From: Eremomyces bilateralis CBS 781.70
Lineage: Eukaryota
Assembly (NCBI GenBank): GCA_010015585.1
Contig: ML975149.1
DNA length: 64,000 nucleotides
Direction: 5' to 3' (one strand)
How positions within the stretch are numbered: position 1 is the stretch's first letter; every line of letters begins with the position of its first letter. This document shows, in pieces, positions 10,897 to 23,471 of the stretch. The position numbers and the translations under genes are program-made. The notes under the pieces were generated by a model, which was not told the DNA's origin, searched no databases, and saw nothing but the letters and a program-made list of their open reading frames with translations.

Positions 10897-12085
10897 CTTG
10901 AAGCGAGCTAACCGAATAGTGTTTTACGACAAAACAGGGAAGCATACTTCTACATCCTCTGCACGACCGGCCCATTATGTATTCTACAGGTCCTTAATCT
11001 GCCTCGGTTCAAGAAGCTATGTAATTGATTCTTCAAACATTCTAGAAAGTCCCTCTCTGGGAGTATTAAACCTCTGCGAGATTCAGGTACTCCAGCAAGG
11101 TTACATTGATACTAGTTCGACCCCTCGCCGATGTTCCCGAATCCTAGGTTATGTTTAATATAATCATCTAAGCAATCCTGACGTAGGCTGGCAAAAGTGG
11201 AGGACGTACAGCGATCTAGGACACTATTAGTGTCTTCTGGAGTAAACGCGATTCGTCAACCCCAGCCAGTGCACAGGCGTGCATCTACTGGGTCCAACAT
11301 ATATCCAATCGCGACGCCTTGCGAAAGTCGTACTCGACAAGACTCGAAAGTCGGAAGAGGAAACGTCGTCACGGCAGGATTCCTTTTCGAATTTCTGGAT
11401 CGCTCTTTGGTCACTTAAGCCCCAAAAGTTAGTTTTTCTTCTTACGTCCTCAGCATAATCAATTATATTAAGTTATAATGACACTTGTCACTTACCAAAT
11501 CGATTGATAGCGTGTCCCTCTCTGAGCGTCGTTCGTGCTAAACGGGACTTTTTTCCATCAACTCAACCATCACGATATTAAACACGTCGCCAGGTAGGAT
11601 CACGCCTCATACTAGCCACTAAGCTAGAAATTCCTCGTGTACCGCCTTAAATGCCTTCATATGCCTTGCCTGACGGCCCTTCCAACCCCGTGCCCATTTC
11701 TCGAATTCCTCCCGTTTCTCTCGCTCTAAACGCTACTTGATCATAGATCGAGCTTGTTCCGACGTGATATAACCCATCTCAGACCGTAAGACGCGTCGGT
11801 TACGTCGATTTCGTGCCTCGCGCGCCTGTGTTTCCGCCATAAGGTACTGCAGGGTGTGGGACAACTGGTCGACTTGGAGGGAGAACTGAAGGCTCCCATT
11901 GAGGCTGTTTTCGAGGTTCTGAATGATAACTGGTGGTACATCGAGTTCTTTGACCGCTGAGAGGCGCCACTCTAAGCGCCGCCGTAGTGTAGCGTAGTCT
12001 TTGGTAGGAGAGAGGAGCCGGCTGAGGTCGAACGGTGGCTGAATCATTTGATTTAATGGAGTACTTGGCCTCTCCTCGTACGCAG

Positions 12086-13543
12086 CTCGCGGGTGACAGA
12101 TTTCGCGGCCCACCATTTTGCCGAAGTAGACCCGCCCCCATATAGTAGCCCTAATATGATATCTAGCTGAAAAGATGCCCTGATCAGTGCCATTCATTAA
12201 ATATGATGGTTTCTACCCGTAATCATACTCAGCGGTATGCTGCAAATTGAGATAATGTTCAAAAAGCCTACAGTTCCTCCAAAAAAGCCCGAGTCCGGGG
12301 CGCTGTGGAGTTCAATCAGGCCCTCAGAAAGCAGTATGGATTTGATCCATCAAGGACTAAGAGCAAGGTTTACCAACACTTTGGCGTTCCATACCAGCCT
12401 GGAACACGCCTGGTAAGTGAAAATAACCGTGATGAACGTCATTTGAGCCCGGCGAGGACCCAAGGGGCCGCCCTCGGCTCGTCGAAACCAAGGATATCAA
12501 CGAGATGGAGAGGATCATTGAAGACCAAGATGTCTACGGAAGGACTATGTCTTGGGAGGCCTTAGGGTATGAGGCTGGTCTAGACGTATCCGGGCGTACG
12601 ATTGAACGGGCTATGGGCACGAAAGATTACCACAGATGCGTCGCATGTAACAAGACGTGGATCTCTCAAAATCAGGCGAAAAAACGAGTCGATTGGGCTA
12701 CTTTGATGAAGGCCCGGTATCCTACCAAGTATGCCTGGCGGAAGGTCCGTTTTAGCGACGAGTCCCACGCTGGGCATGGTCCGCAGGGAAAGTTGATAAT
12801 CATTCGACGAAAGGGCGAACGGTATTGCCCCAAATGTGTACAACGCGAAAGAGACGTTAAAGAAGACGCCAAAAAGAAGGTACACGTTTGGGGGGCTGCA
12901 GGGTACGACTTCAAATCAGACCTTATAACGTACGATGTACCGAGCAATACCACAGGCAAGATGAGCCAACGCGTATATATCGATTCTATCCTGGATCCCA
13001 TTATCAAACCTTGGATCCAGAACGGTCACGATTTCGTATTAGAAGAGGACCAAGTCTCCGGCCATGGGCCCGCACGGAGTAAGGGAAATATCGTGAAGGA
13101 ATGGAAGGCTCAAAACGGTCTGAAACACTACTTCAATTGCGCCTCATCTCCGGATCTCGCGATCATCGAGAACTGTTTCCAACCGATGAAGCAACACATA
13201 CGTAAATATACCCATTGGGAGCCCGAAGAGACGCTACAGCTTCTAAAAGAAGGAAGGGTCGATATTAAGCAGGAATGTATCAATTCCCGCGTTGATTCTA
13301 TGCCTGAAAGGCTTCAGGCCGTGATAGACGTAGAGGGATAGCTGATTGGAGATTTTAAAGCGAAAGCCTAGAATCTGTTAGACATAGAGTTTTTAAGCGT
13401 TCTAGATAGCATCATTTATATTTAACAGTGTTTGAACTTATGTTGGTTGAGATATTTGCGTTGAAACTATCAATATATGCGGTTTTGTATGGTGATGTGG
13501 ACCCCTGTCAAGGTGGTGGGCCGCGAAATCTGTCACCCGCGAG
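12086..13543 (+). mobile_element. Tc1/IS630-like transposon, 1458 bp, 30-bp perfect TIRs
   Basis: CTCGCGGGTGACAGATTTCGCGGCCCACCA at 12086-12115 and its reverse complement at 13514-13543; GCAG on both flanks. Confidence 0.93.
12203..13341 (+). pseudogene. Tc1-like DDE transposase, disrupted
   Basis: KKARVRGAVEF, RKVRFSDES, VHVWGA, FVLEED, SSPDLAIIEN; in-frame TGA at 12248-12250, frameshift near 12450, TAG at 13339-13341. Confidence 0.85.
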
Positions 13544-16294
13544 GCAGCTAATTAGTGCAGTGTCTACAGCCATTTGGTCGGTCCGTAGCTTGCCTAGCAC
13601 GTGCTCTGGGTTATATGGGTGAAGTCCCGTCTCATTCCACCCTCTCATAATTGTCCTCTTCTTAAAGGTCTGCCAGCGGATGCTCTCTAAGGCGTGGAGA
13701 ACTCGATCTTATTAAATTCAGTGCAGCCAGTTCGTGTAGCTGCGTTGACTGCCTCAGTATGCCAATGCTTGTACGGTTGGAATGGACCAACGTCGAGGGG
13801 CTGGAGGATATGGCTACTGTGAGGGGGAGGCGGTATGGAATGACGTCGTGTGCTTCAAGGGTCTCAAGGAATTCTTTCGTACAGTGGCTATCGAAACCGT
13901 CGAAAAGGAGAAGACGGTATTTCCCTCGTTGCGACCTTGCTGAGTACTTGATAAAGTGTCGTATATAGTGTAGGCTGATCTCGTCGTTGTTGAAGCCCCT
14001 CTCAGAAAGGCAGACTGCGTAGCCGGATGGAAGGCTTTGGAAATACTTCTCGAGGAAGGCCGCGCCTGGGAGAATGATGAGCGGTGGTATAACCTGACCG
14101 GCTGCGCTTACCGCCTCAATAATTGTAAGGCTATCACGGCAAGTCGGAGATGGCAAGTAGTGCTTCTTATTTGGGTAGAAGGTAAGAATCCACTGATCTT
14201 TCCCAATACCTACACGGAAGCCTGACTCATCGAAATTCCAGATATCTTCGGCAGCGATACCGTACTTCGCTTAGATCGTTCGAAACTTTAATACCATTGC
14301 TCAATGGTAGGTATATCATGAGATGCTTTGCGCTCAAGATCAAGAACTCTAGCACGTCGTTCATAAATGCAAGGCTCGCATTTTAGCCACGCGTGGGCCC
14401 AACGCGTCCCTACCGTTGGTGGGAATCCTTGTGCCTGCTGTGCTTTGTGATCGATCTGGAGAATAGTATTCGTAGTAGATATAACTTGATTTATCCGTGG
14501 TGCAATTCCAAGTTCATCTAGCCGCCGTAGGTATGCTTTGAGAGCAAGATTTTGCGTCGTACTAAGCTTGAGGGAGTGGTTTAGTCGGTCGAAGAGGTTT
14601 GGACGCCCTTTGGAACGAGCGAGTAGGCGTTTTTAAGGGACGCGAAATTCCCTTGATAACGCCTTGAAATTGGGATTAATGCCTGTAGGGATAGACTCAA
14701 GAGCCCGCTGAATACGGGACTCAATTTCATTATTGTCTTTTGGCATTGTGTCGAAAGATATGAGCGGATAAAGTATCGTGATGGTTGAGTTGATGGAAAA
14801 AAGTCCGGTTTGGCCCACAATCCCGTTTGGAGTGTGGGCGCTCCCTATGGGAGCGTCTACAAAACTGAAGATCATGAGTAAGCTTAAGCTAACGAACCAG
14901 GGGCACAGCAGATACAGTACATATAACATTATACGCTTCACTGTGGCAGTTCCCTTCCGCGCAATGCAGTATTGCAGTTCACCATTTCCGCAGTATCTAT
15001 AGTTGCTGCATCAAGAACCAAATGGACTCCCTAGGCAGACCTTGCTGCTGGAAAAAGTGGAAGCCCATATTTGAAACTGCTGAGAAAGCGATTAGGTCTA
15101 AGTGCGGGAAAGTGTGCTTATGGAATCTTCCAATGGTCACTGATCGTGCACGACGCCTGGCATCCTCTCATCAGTGCTCGTGGTGAGTCGCCGTCACCAG
15201 GTACGCGTGAAAGCTGCTTTCAACTCCCATCCCTGGAATGATTCCTTTCATTCCTAGGATTTACATCTGATGCACCTATACCATAAGGCTGTCACCAGGC
15301 TAATTTTGGTAAGGTTTCGCAACAATTTCATACAGGGAACTTGCATAGATATCATCAGATCTCAATAATCTCATATCTGCGGTATCCTGTTCACACCAAA
15401 CACGCCGGTGAAATAATCCGAAATCCGCTCTAGATTCCAGACCCGAAGTCTATAAGCCCAAAGTCTAGACTCTCGAGCCCAGAATCTCAGTGATTGGACA
15501 ACAGATTACAGAATGGACTGTGGTGCCGCCGGACTAACCCAACACAGCCACTCCTTGATCGGGATTCGCAAAAACCAGCACACATTGCCGTCAGCCCCCG
15601 TACGCCCACGCCAATTAACGCTTCTTGGATCACCAATTTTCTCCTACTCCAGAATAGCCTGGCGCTCGCTTCTAGCATGGCCACGACCTAGACCGCATTA
15701 ATGCCATTTTCATTCGCTTCCCCTTGGCAACATGGATATATCATGCCTGTTCCCGCCAGCAACATCTCCCATCCTCGCAAATGCCATTGGGTTCAGCAAC
15801 GCCATGGCGGACGACGCCCATTGAAATGATTGACCGGAAGCCTGAGGCCAAGGAATGTGCAGAACCGCACATTGATATCGTGCAGTCCAGTCCGGCCACA
15901 GCGTGCGAGCCACGGAACTCTTCCTGAGTTCCTGCTTCTCATGCGTCGTGGGACGGTCGAAAGGCTGCGCTAAGACCATTGGAGCAATGCGGCTGATCAA
16001 AAATAGGGTTATCGTGGCTTACTTGAACTGGATATCGCATGCAACCTCGAAGGGTTTTGCTAGCGCAGAGCCTCAATAGGCCACAGAGCCAGGGCGCCAC
16101 AGACCAAATGGGTAAATGAAGTGCCAATAAGTAGACCATGTTTCTTCCCGTAGTCCCGTTGCGTATTTTCGCGATCTCAGTCCGCCCAGTCCTTCTTCAT
16201 TCAATCTTTCTAGCCATTCTGCTTCATCCATACCTGTGTAGTCATCTGTTAGGTTGGTCAGTCGCTAGTCAATTATTGTTAAGAGAACTTCGAA

Positions 16295-17385
16295 ATGGAA
16301 GAGAAGTCTACTGAGCAGGCTATCGTCCGGACCCCTTTGTGGGTGACGATAGTCCAAGGATTCCAGATTTTCTTCGCAGTGGTGATTCTCGGACTGTGTG
16401 GTTATATTATCCATGGCGTCGCAATGGACCAGATCGTCTTTGCGCTTGTCTGCGTAGGTGCCGTCTCCTAGCGATCTGCCTCCAGCCAACTAACTCACGC
16501 ATCAGTGCCTGTTCACCTTCGTCATCTGCGCGTACACTATGATAACCGAGAAGCTGACCGGTTTCAATTCCTCCTACAACATCTTTGCGGTGCTCGCACT
16601 CAACGCGTTTATGGTCGTCTTCTGGCTCGCCTCGATGGGTGCCGTCGCCGCCCGACGAGCGACATTTACCGTCCCCGTCAATGCGAGTTGCTACAGCACC
16701 GGATCATCGATTAACAGCGGCCGCTGCGACATCTACAAGCGCGCTATTGTGGTGACGCAGGCCGGTCTCGCCATGATTTCCGCAATCGCCGGCCTGTCCG
16801 CGTTAGAATGGTGCGTGCCATGACCGTCTCCCCAGTCCTATCACCAACACTAACTGATCCCACAGCATCTTATTCATCACCGTCCTTGTCTACGCCACCC
16901 TGGAATACAAGCGCAACTTCTACAAACCTTCCGCCGCGGCTGCAACCACTCCGGGCACAGCCGAAGCCGGCCAGGCCGTCGAAATGAAGGCGCAGAACCA
17001 ACCCCTAATGGACCCCAACCACCCGCAGCAAGCGTACCCGCCTCAGCAAACCTACGCACAGCCGGTGCTGGGGCAGGTTGCGCAACCGTACGCGCCGAGT
17101 CCACAGGGCCAACCGGCGCTTCAGCAATATTCGCCGTATCAGCAGCAAACGCAGTATCCGACCGGCCATACGGAGATGCCTGGATATTCGACAGCTCAGT
17201 CACCACCCCCGCAGCAGGCGGTTAGCCCTCTACCGCAGCAGTATCCGGCCGGCCGTACGGAGATGCCTGGATATTCAACGACTCAATCACCCCCTCCGCA
17301 GCAGGCTGTTAGCCCACCGCCGCAGCAGTTTACCCCTCAGTCACAGGTCGAGCAGCCGTATTATCCTCCTCAGCAGCAACAGTAA
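16295..17385 (+). CDS. MARVEL-like four-TM membrane protein with Pro/Gln-rich tail
   Basis: ATG 16295; introns 16454-16505 and 16811-16865 join four hydrophobic segments (QIFFAVVILGLCGY, MVVFWLASMGAVAA) to a PQ-rich tail. Confidence 0.8.
17151..17328 (+). repeat. 87-bp (29-aa) in-frame tandem duplication
   Basis: Units start at 17151 and 17238: QYPTGHTEMPGYSTAQSPPPQQAVSPLP / QYPAGRTEMPGYSTTQSPPPQQAVSPPP. Confidence 0.9.
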
Positions 17386-17609
17386 AAGAGTCGCATGGGA
17401 TGACGCTGGAAATCGCATGAGGCAGCCGTTCGACAGCAGGCGAAGAAGCATTGGATCTAATACGCTTATGTCTATGCATATCCTAGTTGATAAACCAATG
17501 CTCATTTAGCTTAGCTTCATTTTTCGTCTTTCGACTATTCTGTGATATGGAATATCAATTGGATGCTCTGTGAACCATTCCATCATACCGTCTCCTTCTG
17601 TTGCGTCCC

Positions 17610-19155
17610 TCACTCTTTTTTCTTGCCCAATCTCGGCAACGCCAGCCACGCTGCCAAAATCACAACCAACAACGCCAGCGCGATGGGCTGCAACACCTGC
17701 ACCCCCTTCTTCTGCGCAATCGCGCCCACCGCGAACGGAAACACGGCCGCGCCCACACCCCCCAACGCCGCCGCGAACCCAATCGCCGTAACATGCAGAT
17801 GGCGCGGCAGCAGTTTCATAGCTACAATGACGGCCGCGGGGAACATCGGGCCCAAGAAGAACCCCTCCAGCGCCACTGCGACGGCCGACACGTGGAACTG
17901 CGGTACGAGCCAGAAGACCAGCTGCAGCGCCATTGAGATGGGTAGGTAGATGCAAATACTCAACTTCTCCCCGATCCGCGGTGTCACGAACCCGAGCACT
18001 ACCCGCCCCACCGTCATCCCCAACCAGAACCCCACGGCCGCCATGCCGGAGGCGAAGTCGCTGCCGTGGCGTATGCGCAGCATGAAGGTCACGATCCAGC
18101 CGCCGAGGGTGACCTCGACGCCCATGTAGACGAGGAGGAAGACAGTGATGAGCCAGACGACGCGGGCGTAGGGGCGGACGAAGAGGGCTTCGCGGATGGT
18201 GTTGTCTTTGCTGCCGGGGGTTTTGGCATTGGCGGCGCGGAAGGCGGCCCCGGTGCCACCTTTCCAGAAGGTGGGGAGGCAGGTGACCAGTTCGAGGAAC
18301 GCGAGCCCGATCTAGAACGTATAAGTGATGGTTGATGTGATTGTGGTGGGGGACTTACCATGACATAGTAGAAGTTGTACCATGGTAGGTTGGCTTTGGT
18401 GATCATGGAGGTAGCTATTAATGGGCTGATCGTGGCACCCAGACCGTAGAAGCCATGGAGAAACCCAAGCAATTCGTTGGCGTTGTTCATGTTCCCAATC
18501 CAGGCGTTCCATGCTGCGTCAAGCAACCCGTTTCCGAAGCCCGCTAGCATGTAGAATACCACAAGGACCGGATATGGAGGATGAAGAGATGCGACCATAT
18601 ATGCTACTAAATGGGCGATGGGTCCGACAATCGAAACGCCACGATGGCCGAATCTGACATGGATATAGTTGTTAAGAAGCGCAGAAAGGGTGTACCCTAC
18701 TACTGGGCTCAGAAAGATCAGAGAGACAACCGTGTAAGACAGTTCATAATATTTCTCGAGCTGCTCGAGGTTAGTGGATGTCGGAGGCCACCGTCATATC
18801 TTTTCTTACATATGGGATCAAGGCCTATTGAACGTTAGGCATGGATATTCGCAAATGGGGAGTAATGAGAGCATACACCGAGAGCAGCATCATTGGCTCC
18901 TAGAACGATGAAACAATAGAAGGTCGCGAACGTCCGGGCTATATTACTTCTAGGATGATTCCAGAAGACCTTTTTCTCCGTCGCTGTCGTTGGGGACGGC
19001 AGGCCATCCGAGTCTGATATCTTCGTCCCGCTAACATGACTGTGACGTCGTGAGGCCAAGGATATGTGATCATGCTGTTTCTGCTCCGACCGAGGTTGAT
19101 TCGTGTTCGGATGCTCTGAAAGCTCCATCGTGTACGTAGAAGTTTGGGTGGCCAT
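17610..19155 (-). CDS. MFS transporter (Bsc6/FucP-like)
   Basis: GANDAALG, GFGNGLLDAAWNAWIG, GFLHGFYGLGATISP, YMGVEVTLGGWIVTFM, GFFLGPMFP over several exons. Confidence 0.88.
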
Positions 19156-20283
19156 GTTACTCCTTGGGAGACTTGACTTTGAGAGACGAGACTAGAATGA
19201 AAAGTGGATAGATGACGAAATCCCCATATGGACTTCCAGCGATTGATACTTTTATAGACACTCAGGGCTCATGATTTGTTCAATTGAGTCATTCAGGACA
19301 CATTTATAATCAGACACATTGCTCAGAAGTAATTGAGGAGTCGAAATGTGAACACAGTATGTATCTCGGTGTCACCTGCCCGGGATGTCGTGTGGTTGAG
19401 GTCCAAGTCTCGATTCCATTACGGAATATCAAACTTGAACTCCACCCTCACCATAAACTCCCCTCCCTCCGTTTCGGTGAACACGGATAAACTTCGGATG
19501 CAGGAAACTAGTGGCTACTGTAAGTTAGTTAGTAGTCTGTAACTAATGGAGAGGGCTGAATCCCAATGTCTGCAACCATCCAGAATATTAATAATCCTAA
19601 CAGGTTGGATGACTCTGAGTTGCCGTTTTGAAACAATGCGATTCCAGCAGACCATGTCGATCCTGCCTCAATCCGGTAGTAGTTGCGAGTCTTGAACGCT
19701 GTAGGAGAAAAATCCCCCCTAGCGCAGATCTCGGAATAGGCCTTCGGTTCAGCATCCCTATTCTCCGTGTTGATACTCACAGCTGACAGTGGACTGAGGA
19801 CAGGCAGTATCCTGGGTAATTTATCTTGATACGTTTGTCCAGGCCGTTGTATTAAGCGGCATCAGGCTAGAATCGCACAAAGGCATAGCATGGGTGCAGT
19901 TGCCTAGTGGGATTTGATCAGTGTCACTCAACAGAGACTGGTCCAATACAGGTATGTTTATTGTGAGGTTGGTGCAGTAATACAACTGAAGGAGATGGAT
20001 GGCGGCGCATCATATGAAGATGTCGTCGATGTTTGGTGTTTGGGCTGGGCAGAATGACATAAAGTTGACACCTTGTTGCCTTGCTCAGCACTCACGACTC
20101 AGTGAGACTCGTCACTCGTGACTGACCATCGCAAGGCATCAACCACTCCATCAAGCTATCAACGACCAAGGAGCATCGAGGATATTGCATCCATTGACGT
20201 CCATGAAAGCGGAGTATTCTTGATCTTTTCGAATCCCTTGTATCGACCTTGAAGAAACAAACACAGGACTGACGTAGCCGATC

Positions 20284-21386
20284 ATGTCGTTGTTCTTTTC
20301 CACCCCAGTCGATATCGACGTTGTCCTCCAAGACAGCGATGATCGAGCTACCGTCGACGTCAAGCTCGGGGAGAAGAACCGGCGGGAGAAGGTCCCGCTG
20401 TATATGGATGGCGAATCGGTCAAAGGCGCCGTGACCATTCGACCGAAAGATGGGAAACGGTTGGAGCATACGGGAATCAAAGTCCAATTCATCGGAACAA
20501 TCGGTCAGTCTTACATGTCGTGCAGCATCTTGCTTGCTGTGAGGGTGGAGGAGCGGTGTCTGACAGCATGTAGAAATGTTCTATGACCGAAGCAACCATT
20601 ATGAATTCCTTTCCCTTGTCCAGGAGCTCGCTGCTCCCGGGGACCTCCAGCATCCCCAGACCTTCGATTTCAACTTCAAAAATGTCGAGAAGGCATACGA
20701 ATCATACAACGGCATCAACGTCCGGTTACGATACTACGTTCGGGTGACGGTCTCAAGAAGGATGGCCGACGTCACAAGAGAGAAGGACATCTGGGTCTAT
20801 TCATACCGAGTGCCGCCGGAGACCAACAGCTCGATCAAGATGGACGTGGGGATCGAGGATTGTCTGCACATCGAGTTCGAATATTCGAAGTGCAAATACC
20901 ATCTAAAGGATGTCATAGTCGGGAGGATATACTTCTTGCTGGTGCGGTTAAAGATCAAGTACATGGAATTGTCCATCATAAGGAGGGAGACAACGGGAGC
21001 CGCGCCGAATCAGTACAACGAGAGCGAGACGCTGGTGAGGTTCGAGATCATGGACGGTTCTCCGTCAAGAGGTAGGTTGGGTGACGACAAACGGAGGACA
21101 AGGTCTGATTTGATACAGGTGAAACGATACCGATCCGATTATTTCTCGGCGGCTTCGATTTGACCCCGACCTTCCGAGAGGTGAACAAGAAGTTCTCAAC
21201 GAGATACTATCTCAGCCTCGTCCTGATTGACGAAGGTATGTGTAATCGCACTCTTTCATGAACCGGGCTAACCACCTCTTAGATGCACGAAGATACTTTA
21301 AACAATCCGAGATCGTCCTCTACCGACAAGCGCCGGAGAATCTGGCCCCGCCACGAATACAGACCCCCGAGATCAGGAGCGCTTAA
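20284..21386 (+). CDS. VPS26: Retromer subunit Vps26
   Basis: KRLEHTGIKVQFIG, EKAYESYNGINVRLRY, SIKMDVGIEDCLHIEFEYSK, EIMDGSP, DARRYFKQSEI; three introns; TAA 21384-21386. Confidence 0.96.
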
Positions 21387-21660
21387 TGACGGGAATCTTG
21401 CTTGAACAACTGATTTATTGTCCAATTCATAAGCCGGAGTCAGGTTCAGGGAGCCTTTGAGCTCAATCCTAGGTTGTTCATAACAGCGCTCCGCTATCCA
21501 CTTTCCCAACAGAGGGCGAGCCGGTCGTCCTATTCCCGATAATCGGCTTGGATTCGTCGCGACGAGATTGAGGGGATCGACACCAAAGGCCGGACTCTGT
21601 GTGTTGCGAGGGGGTCAGTGGCCAGCTTGGGAGCATAGATATTAATGCTGTCCAACTACT

Positions 21661-22982
21661 TCATGTATTCTCGTCCTCGTCATCCTGCTTGACATTACTA
21701 GTGCATCGTTGGACGTTCGAATAGATTTTGATCATGGGGTCGCGTTCCGTCTCCTTTATGTCCGCCTCGCCCTGGCGCTCTTCCTGCTGCCCTCGTTCAG
21801 CGGCTGAACATGTTGCAAGGCGTGTGAATCCGCTGTCAAATACGATCGAAGTGACAGGATCTATCCCATATTAGCATGAACCGCCAGTGTCTCATACACC
21901 GTACTAACCTTCATGAAGCCTAAATTCTTCACTGGGCTCCATCTTCCCATTGACGCTATGGCAGTCCTCCCACACGCGAACACAACCATCCATCCCACCC
22001 GCCCAAACCTTCTCCCCGCTCTCCGTCCGCTCCACCGCAAACTCCTGCACCAAATTCGACGTCCGTCCCCTCCCCACCAACATCCCCAACAACCTCCCTT
22101 CCACCCTCACATCATACACCCTCACCCCATCGCTCTTCCCCTCCCCCACATACAAATACCTTCCACACCCCGACCACTCCACCTGCGTTACCCTCCCCCC
22201 CTCCCCCTCCCCCTCCAGCCCCCACGCTGCCACCCCCTCCCCCCACCCCTCCCCCCCATACAACCCTACACATCCCCTCAGCGTCCCCACCGCCGCCAGC
22301 CCCTCGAAACTCACCCGCACGCTCGCCCCGATCCCCCGCATCCCGCTCATCGCCCCGTCCCGCGCCATCTCCACTCCCCGCCAGTTCCGCGGCCACCGCG
22401 CCCAATGCGCTGGGCCCTCCCCGCTGCGAGTCACGTCGAACGCGGCGAGTCCGCCTCCTTCGCGGCCGATGGCGGCGAGGATTCCGGCGCCGTGGTGGGT
22501 GAAGGTAAGGGCGTGGGCGGGGAGGAAGGCTTCGGAGTGGGGGAGGATGAGGGGGTAGGTTGCAGTGGGGGGTGGGGGGTGGTTGGGGTGGGAGGCGAAG
22601 GGAAAGGCGCGGATGAGTTGGATTGGCATGTGGGTGGAGGAGTGGAGGAGGAGGGTGGTGGAGGGTTCGGTGAGGGTGAAGTAGGGCCATGGGACGAAGG
22701 AGCGGAGGGTGCTTGAGGAGGAGAGTGCGGTTGAGAGGGGAAGGGGTTGGGGTGGTGAGGAAACGGTGCATGGGGAAGGGAGGATGCTTGTTTGGAGCTT
22801 ATGCGATGCGCTTTGCGCGATCAGACAGCTACCGTCGTAGGACCTGTTGAAACGTTATCTTTTGGTTCGGAGTTCCTCAGGATTAATAGGTTTTACCATG
22901 TAAGACGTCGGTAACCATCAGTCTCTTGACTTTGGGCTGCCCCAAGAAGCTCTGGGGGTGCAAGTCCTTTCGTTGTAGACAT
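21661..22982 (-). CDS. WD40 protein, TCAB1/WRAP53/Swt21-like (divergent)
   Basis: ATG 22982; spliced W-SYDGSCL; YPLI.PHSEAFLPAHALTF, FDVTRSG, VTQVEWSGCGRYLYVGE, VYDVRV, WAGGMDGCVRVW, LHEDPVTS; TGA 21661-21663. Confidence 0.72.
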
Positions 22983-23471
22983 ATCGCCCGAACGCTTGTA
23001 CTTTCGATTAAAGGCTCAAATTTAGTACAAAGCAATAATTATTCCCAAATGATGGCATTTCTATAATTTCCTTGCTCTTTATTAGTACGAAATAATACTG
23101 AAGGTGATGATGAGGTGGAGAAAAAGATCGATGGTGTCAGTCCTGCTTCAAGACCCAAGGCGGAGAGGATTAGTCCCAGGTGGAAATGGCGATGATATCA
23201 CAACTTCAACATTTTGGATGGAAACAAGAGTATTAACGATAGCCTCGCTGTAGGGTACCATCTGTCGGAATGTGGGATATTTCATTTATTTTTGACAGAC
23301 CAGAATAACATCGAGCAGAAGGGCGTTCTTTCAAGCCGGTGAGTCGGAGAGAGTTTCTGGTTTGGTTTACGGAGGGATGGTTGAATGTAGCATTTAACGT
23401 ATTGGATTCTGGCCACTTTATATTTCCCACAGACTTAAAGACTCCTTACCATCCATCGTTCTATTCATAAC

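Larger units (their letters stand above)
11510..14857 (-). mobile_element. Degenerate pogo/Fot1-type DNA transposon interrupted by a nested element
   Basis: 38-bp inverted repeat, 1 mismatch (11540-11577 vs 14774-14811); TA at 11508-09 and 14858-59; broken transposase from ATG 14746 (ESRIQRALE..SREFRVP, DIWNFDESGF, TIIEAVSAAG, LLLFDGFDSH, TGLHPYNP); ~1.9 kb once the insert is removed. Confidence 0.9.

Noticed and set aside
11200..11451. GAGGACGTA / TACGTCCTC inverted pair as pogo termini
   Set aside because: Only 9 bp; the 38-bp repeats define the element better.
14900..16290. Short ORFs upstream of the MARVEL gene
   Set aside because: All under 100 aa, mutually overlapping, with no motifs or coherent splice model; treated as promoter/intergenic.
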